A stretch of DNA of 64,000 bases, from NCBI GenBank assembly GCA_964016885.1, contig OZ024746.1:66588001-66652000 (forward strand), given 5' to 3'. Position numbers and translations under genes: made by a program. The DNA comes from Eledone cirrhosa. Lineage: Eukaryota. The notes below the pieces were generated by a model, which did no database searches, was not told the DNA's origin, and saw nothing but the letters and a program-made list of their open reading frames with translations. Below are positions 57,285 through 64,000 of the stretch, piece by piece. Position 1 is the first letter of the stretch. Every line of letters begins with the position of its first letter.

Positions 57285-57290
<6 letters not shown>
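56761..57290. repeat. Perfectly centred fold-back of hammerhead family A
   Basis: Palindrome centre AAG|CTT at 57050/57051, inside hammerhead stem II. Confidence 0.88.
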
Positions 57291-57328
<38 letters not shown>

Positions 57329-57383
57329 ATTTGTAACTCACAGCATTAACTCTGAAAAAGTGGACTCGTGAAGAAACAAAATG

Positions 57384-57421
<38 letters not shown>

Positions 57422-60400
57422 ACTATCATCCATCTAACTTTAACAAGGAACAGATAATGATTTCGTTTCTGTTTTTATCACTTAAAGTGGTATATGCAGC
57501 CATTACACAAATTTACAATTTATACAAATGATGATATGTCCCAAACCAACTAGTCACACATTTGCTTATTTTCAATTATTTTAATTAAATCGTTAATTTC
57601 ACGAGATAAAAACAGACCCAAAACTTGGCTGGCTCTGTCTTCAGGGTGTTTGCTTTCATATGAGGTGGAGATCTCACAGTTTAGAGACCTAAACATTTTA
57701 TGGTGTATAGTTTTAAGAAATATCTACACTGATCTAGACATTTTGAAGCAGCGAAAAATTAGTGTTTACCTTCCAGTTAAATGCACACTCAAGTGTTTAA
57801 TAAAAAAAATACAGTGTGCATAAAATCATTTAATTTGAATGACACACAGATGTGATAGTAGATCCAGAACATAAACAAAATCAAAACATGCATATCAAGA
57901 CTTATCTGCACCTATCAATTAAAAAACGCTACGCTGTCGGGATGTACGTAGCAGTAGTAACATTTGAAACGGCAATGAGTAGAGGTTGTTGAAGGTACTA
58001 CCATTACTACGACTACTAGTACTGCTGCTACTACTTCTACAACAATGATGGGAATGCACATAAAACAGCATTTTTATGAGATATTTATTATCATAGTTCA
58101 TAAAATATGTGAAAGTACACATTATATTAAATATCTTGATGCAGATAAATCTCTCCCAGAACCGAATGAACCTTTCTGCACCTACATTGGATTCGTGACT
58201 TCTTGGGGGGAAAGAACAGCATTTGTGAATTGTGTCCTTAGATATGGAAAACGTTCTTATTTCTTTTTTATGGGTATGAGCAAGGCATTGGCAATTTCAT
58301 TACTATTAAATTGAAATATGTTTAAGTGGAGGAAGGGAGTGTGTTTCATCTTCAGTTTGGAAGCTTACAATTTAGTTCAAAAAAGAAAAGGTGAGAAATA
58401 AAGCCTTTTCAAGAAGGTTGAAAATCCATGGAATGCAAGCTTGTGCAATGTGTATAATAAATCCTCGATAGTGTGAAAAACAGAAGATTTACGAGACCGG
58501 AAATTAGACGCATATATAGAATATCTAAGTCCTATACTGTTTGTACTGTTGGAAGATGTATGAGTGTCGTAAAAATGATGTTATATGAACAAATGGCTTG
58601 TGAAGTTATAACTGTTAATAAAATAAAGTTGCTTATTTGATGTTATAACCCAGAGAGAGAAATATAGAGAGAGAGGGGAGAGAATGTTTGTTTCTTTGTA
58701 TATGAGAGAGAAAGAGAAAGAAAAAAGAGTGCGAATAAGAGGTATTGAAGTGAGAAAATATGTAAATGTATTGTGTGTGTGTAAGTGTATATGTGCTTGT
58801 ATTTGTTGGAATGTTTGTTCGACGTTTTGTTTGGTAGGTTTTACATACGTGGAGACAACTTTAGTATGGAATAATTTAAATCATTCATTTTCAGAATGAC
58901 TAAATGTTATTACATAACATTATCCAAATATTGAGTTGTTATATTGTTCATTTCAAATTTATTACGTTACTATGACTGTAAGGAGTTATATTAAATTATG
59001 TAATTCCGTGGATTATTTTATTGCTACTGGTATATTGGAGTTGATTTATTAGGTTCACATTGACATCATCCTGGTTTGACGTCATGGAAATTAGTGAGTT
59101 ATACATAGTTGAGCAAAATGGCGTCATCTTCGTGGTACGTATTCTTCGAGTTGGTTTAGATGTTGCTAGTTAAGAATGATAACAGCGGAGGATGGGGAGA
59201 TATATATAAAAGGGATATGTGTTTGCTTTATCTTCCTCTACGCGTGGTCAATTGTCACAATCCTTAGAGCATTATAATACATGCCTCGTCATTTGTTCCG
59301 ACTTTCTGTACAGTGAATTTTTGTCTTGACTTGGTTAACTTTACCTCTCATCATTTCAGAAACCTGTAGAGAAGTGGGGAAAATGTTAATGTCAGATGGT
59401 ATATGTTGTGGCATTTCGTTCGGTTCTATGAGTTCGGTGTACAAATAACACATACTGTCGGCTGATTGAATCCGAAACGGAAAGAAGAACGGCTAATTGA
59501 CTCTATCTGTTGATCGGGTACATTCATTTGATTTTATATTGAATAGATCAGGAAAGAACGGAAATAGAATCATTATCGTTAATAACTTGCATAGCCTATT
59601 AGAGATATGAAGCTGCTAATATATAGTTTGACTTAATGCATGTCAAGCAATGAAGAGAATTGCAGATAGAAGACAATTTCAAGAAGGTTCCTGCTATACT
59701 TAAAATAATTATGAACCTATAGTTCGTGATTTGAGAGATATTGTGGGAATATAAGAAGATTTGCATAGATTGTTGTCATATTCAGTATCTAGTATTCAGT
59801 TTATTACAACAGAATAACATTAAAGCGTTAAAGTAGCAATATAATTGCAATATAATTAAATTGTACATCCAAAGGACATTGGTTATAAAAAGTGCAGTGC
59901 TAAGTGGGAAAAATTGAGTCTATTTTCTAGTACAGTTGAGTTAGTAGGGAGAAATATATTTGACAATTATGAGCAGCAATCTATGGTGTGACTAGCTCGT
60001 GCTTTATATGGATTTAAATCATGATTAGAATTGAATATGTTTTCAATTTGAAACCCAATAAATTCGGATACAGCACTGTTAATGTTAAATATTTGAGGAA
60101 GTCACGAAATATCCTTAAAGATTGTATGTGGTAGCACTTGTAGGCTTTTCATATTTTTATATTGTGTGCAGAAAGAATATATTTCTCTAATTATATGTCA
60201 GGGTTCCATCACTGGACATTTGAAAACATATAGATTATTAAATCACAACTTTATTTTAGTGACTCGGTTGAAGGAAGCCACTTTAATATTCCCAGCCTTG
60301 GCTGAAAGAATTTCATATAACTTTTCAAAAATGTTTAAAATAGAGTGGGCTGTTAGAATTTTGGCTAATTGAAACTTTTGCTAATAATTAGATATAGATG

Positions 60401-62056
60401 AGAACCTCACACAATAAAAGTGTTTATTTATTTATTTAAGTATATAGAAAATTTCGTCTGATTTTTGTATTTTAAATATTGAAGACGCCGGGAAATATAT
60501 CTTTAATTTAATTCGAGTAATACTCTCAAACTTTTCTATTGAAGAACATTAATATATGTCAGTTCCAATTTACATAGTTGATAATGTTATGATAGACTGT
60601 AGGGTTGTTATCTTGAAAAAATATTTTTTAATGCAGCATGAAGGTTTTTGTCACATTCTTCTTCTATAATATATATCATTTTAGTAGATTATCGAGTCAT
60701 ACTTCAACATGGTTTCAAAATGTTTAGAATAATAACCTTAAATATTTCGCTCTTCAAGATTGCATTTTTGTCTTAAAATTGACGTGGGTTCTAAGATCAT
60801 TCTAGCTTATTTTAGTTTAAGTTTAGTTTACATGGAAATGTATTGAAACAAATTTGTAAGCGTGGCGTTGCGTAGATTTACACTCTACACAATCAATATA
60901 TATTTTGACATAACCCATAATCTAGATACACAACATGATTTTAAGCATTGCTGCATTTCTTTCTGCTTACGTTGCTGAGTGAATATTACCTAATTGCCTC
61001 AGGATTGGCCACATAAATGTAAAATGAATCTCATTAGTTACATTTGCGTACATGGTCTGTAATTTTATTGCACAACACTTGTGACAGATATAAGACTAAT
61101 TTTGAAAATATAATATTAATACACCCCATTCGTTAAGAATTATTTTTTCAATGTTACGTTACAGTAATTCTTTCTGTTTAAAAGAAAAGTCAGTTCGTCA
61201 CCATAGTTGATCAATTCATATATTCCTGCGTTAGAGTCCCTTTGCAAAGCTGTTTTGTTGAACCAGTTGAACATTTCTCCTTCAAAGATAGTAGATGCTC
61301 GAAATATATATTACAGCAACATAAGGACATGGTAATTGGAGAGAATGTCAAATAACTATCATAAGAATCAAGATCAGATTATTTAATTTAATTAAGATGT
61401 AGACATAATTATTAATACCATTAAAATTTGATGCAAAAGCGACACCATTTTGTCTATTCATCCCGACAAACAAAAGGACCTTTCGCAGTTTCAGTAACAC
61501 TGCAGAACGTTTTGTAATATGAATTAATCTTAAACATTGACATACATGTTTACTTTGTCTATACTCAATTATGAAATGTATGCATCGTGTTGAAATTCAA
61601 TGAGATCTTAATACCATGTTGTTAATTTGTACTTTCAGTAAGGTGGAAGCCATAACATTTAAAATAAATTCTGTGCATTTTCTTCCATGTAGTTTCCAGT
61701 TGATGAGAAAAGCATTACTTGTTGAATGTGCTATCGAAAATAATCGACGCTACGTTATTATGCTATCTAAATAAATAAATAGCTTTCCATATATTGTGAA
61801 TTTGAGTTTATTTAAGTATAGTGGAATTATGTTTACCCCATGGAGCTTAATTAGTTATATTGGTTTCGTCAGTTCATATTTCACCTTGCACAATTTGTAT
61901 ATAGCTTTATAGCTGACTTATTTTACACCACTCAACTAACTTCAAAATTGTGAATGTGTGAGATTGGATTTCTGAAATATTATATCATACTTCCACTACA
62001 TTTCTATTGTATAAAATGACATAGCATTTTGAGTGATCGAAAATCCTTTAAGTAAC

Positions 62057-62224
62057 CTTCTCTCATTCACATTTTCGTTAATCGCTGTGTATAAGGGATG
62101 GTTTATAATGTTAATCGAGTATTGGCATGACCTCCACCATACAACATGTTTAACAGACGTTATTATATCAGTTTTTTTGTGCAACATCATAAACACAGCA
62201 GCCCCGTTTCCGTCAATCAAAAAG
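62057..62224 (-). CDS. Candidate host-gene exon (FLIDGNGAAVFMMLHKKTDIITSVKH...)
   Basis: ttatttctgtag acceptor. The only open frame is phase 2, compatible with the 62889-63020 exon. The 3' boundary is uncertain. Confidence 0.45.
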
Positions 62225-62472
62225 CTACAGAAATAAATTGTATGAAATATTCCCCTTTGGCCAAATAAAACATTAAATAACACAGACGTTGCACATTGTT
62301 GCTACTGGCACAAACAAAATGTTGAAATCCACTAAATAAAAAAGAAAAGAAATGGCGTTTAGTTTTGAATCTTCGCTTAATACACATCATGTGGGCGAGG
62401 CTTGTAACAATATATCTCACGATATTGTTTACATTCGGAGGACTACCTGTTAGAAAGCGGTATCATCTGGAA

Positions 62473-62625
62473 AGGCGGTGAATTGGCAGAGTCGTTAGAA
62501 CATTGGATGGAATGCTTTGTGGTATTCATTCAGGCTCTCTGCTCTCTGAGTTCAAATCCCGCCGAGGTCAAATTTGTCTTTCATATTTTCGAGGCCAATT
62601 AAAAGAACCAATCTACTACTGGGGT
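62473..62625 (+). mobile_element. Degenerate SINE
   Basis: GGCGGTGAATTGGCAGA head and GAGTTCAAATCCCGCCGAGG B-box region. Confidence 0.75.
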
Positions 62626-62888
62626 CTATACTTCTACATCTCATCCTCACTTTCTATCCTGCTCCGGAAGAAATGTGTTGTACTCATAAGGTGGTACGAA
62701 AAAACAAATCATCTATGTGAGTGTTGGTGTGGTTAGAAGCAATTGAGACTAGATTGTCAGCGTGCCTCATAAAAAGTGTTGAAGTAATAAAGAATGTGAA
62801 ATCACAGCCGAGATCATGAAACATGCGATGGTGAATGAGCTGCTATTGTACATATTGATACAATGGTGGTTACGTGTAGCAATTTTAC

Positions 62889-63020
62889 CACGCATGTCGA
62901 TGAATAATATGCAGGGAATTTTCAGATTCAAGTGATATGTGATAAATGATATCTTCATATTGCCAAGTTTTGAAGAAGGTTTCCAAACTAGACCCTGATA
63001 GCAAATGAAACAACATTCGC
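62889..63020 (-). CDS. Candidate host-gene exon (RMLFHLLSGSSLETFFKTWQYEDIIYHISLESENSLHIIHRHA)
   Basis: ccag|132 nt|GTAAAA, phase 2-2, open. Confidence 0.45.
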
Positions 63021-64000
63021 CTGGTAGTAATATAATAATGCAAATATATAATTGGATTATTTTAGTGGGAGACAAAATTAGTAAATGTTTCTAGTAAGCA
63101 GACCTGAATGAATGGACAATGAATTCGTTCTACAAAGTGGCATCTCTACAAAATCTTAGGTTCGACCTCTACAATATAAGTGACATTTGGTAGACGAGAT
63201 ATGTGTGCAAGCTTGATCGATGGATTGTACAGCTGATTCAAAGGGATAGCTAGGATACACGAAGTTTCTGACATTGATCCTGATTGATATTCAGCCAAGT
63301 ACACGCTAAAAGAAGTATTGAAGTATTATATATATCTATATATATATATTTTTTTTTTATCGAGAACCTAGCATATTCATCGTTGAAAGTTACATAGGCT
63401 GCCTTTTCTGAAAACTATCAAAGTATATATTTGATGTTATATGTGACTGACCATAACCGACATATACCTACGCAATAATATAAACATTCGAACGGAATCG
63501 CAGGTTAACATTGATAGACAAATGAAGGTGTAAAATTATCTAAAGATTAAAATCACCAAACTTTATTATCAAAACACAAAAGAATTACATTCTTATATGT
63601 TTTCCTTGTTAAATACAAAGATATAAAATAACTATATTTACTCGATTCAACTTGTGAACCTCGAGGCAACAACGATAACTTTATTTAATCACGTATTAGA
63701 AATGGTAAAATAATTCATAAAATAATTCATTGGCATATATACGCTCTTTCAACCATGGATATAAAGCAAGAAATAATATCTGAACTTTAGGCTTTGTAAC
63801 GCAGTGATGCAGCTAGAGGAAATATTCTTAGAGTCACAGTCCAGAACAAAGCTCTATGCAAAGAAGCAGTTGCCGATAAAGATGATCGCATTCCACATGT
63901 AAATATTATCCGAAACATTGGCTCTAGGGCTCATAAAATTTGACAGTTATATCACCGCTGGGTATCTCTCATTGAAATTGACACCTACAACGGCGAAATG

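Overview
AT-rich animal DNA dominated by repeats and (TA)n, (AAT)n and (GA)n microsatellites. The tRNA-derived SINE family and the repeat mix suggest an octopus/cephalopod genome, but this is inference. Most ORF-track entries are microsatellite artefacts. Recognisable elements: a Naiad-type Penelope-like retroelement (PLE) with ~1.17-kb inverted pseudo-LTRs (13068-16747), two further PLE remnants, and a near full-length but internally deleted Tx1/L1-type LINE (50644-55524). There are also R4/Dong-, CRE-, RTE- and CR1-like fragments, two non-autonomous Helitron-like elements and many SINEs. A chain of phase-compatible small minus-strand exons suggests the window lies inside an unidentified host gene. 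The most striking hidden signal is RNA structure. At least five unrelated repeat families each carry a type I hammerhead ribozyme fold, most with a palindromic stem III that would favour dimer cleavage and one with a U3:A8 core covariation. One family forms a 310-bp tandem, retrozyme-like array that inverts in the middle. Nearly all of these repeats sit in (TA)n tracts as 'tails-out' fold-back pairs. All folds and translations were done by eye; no searches were run.
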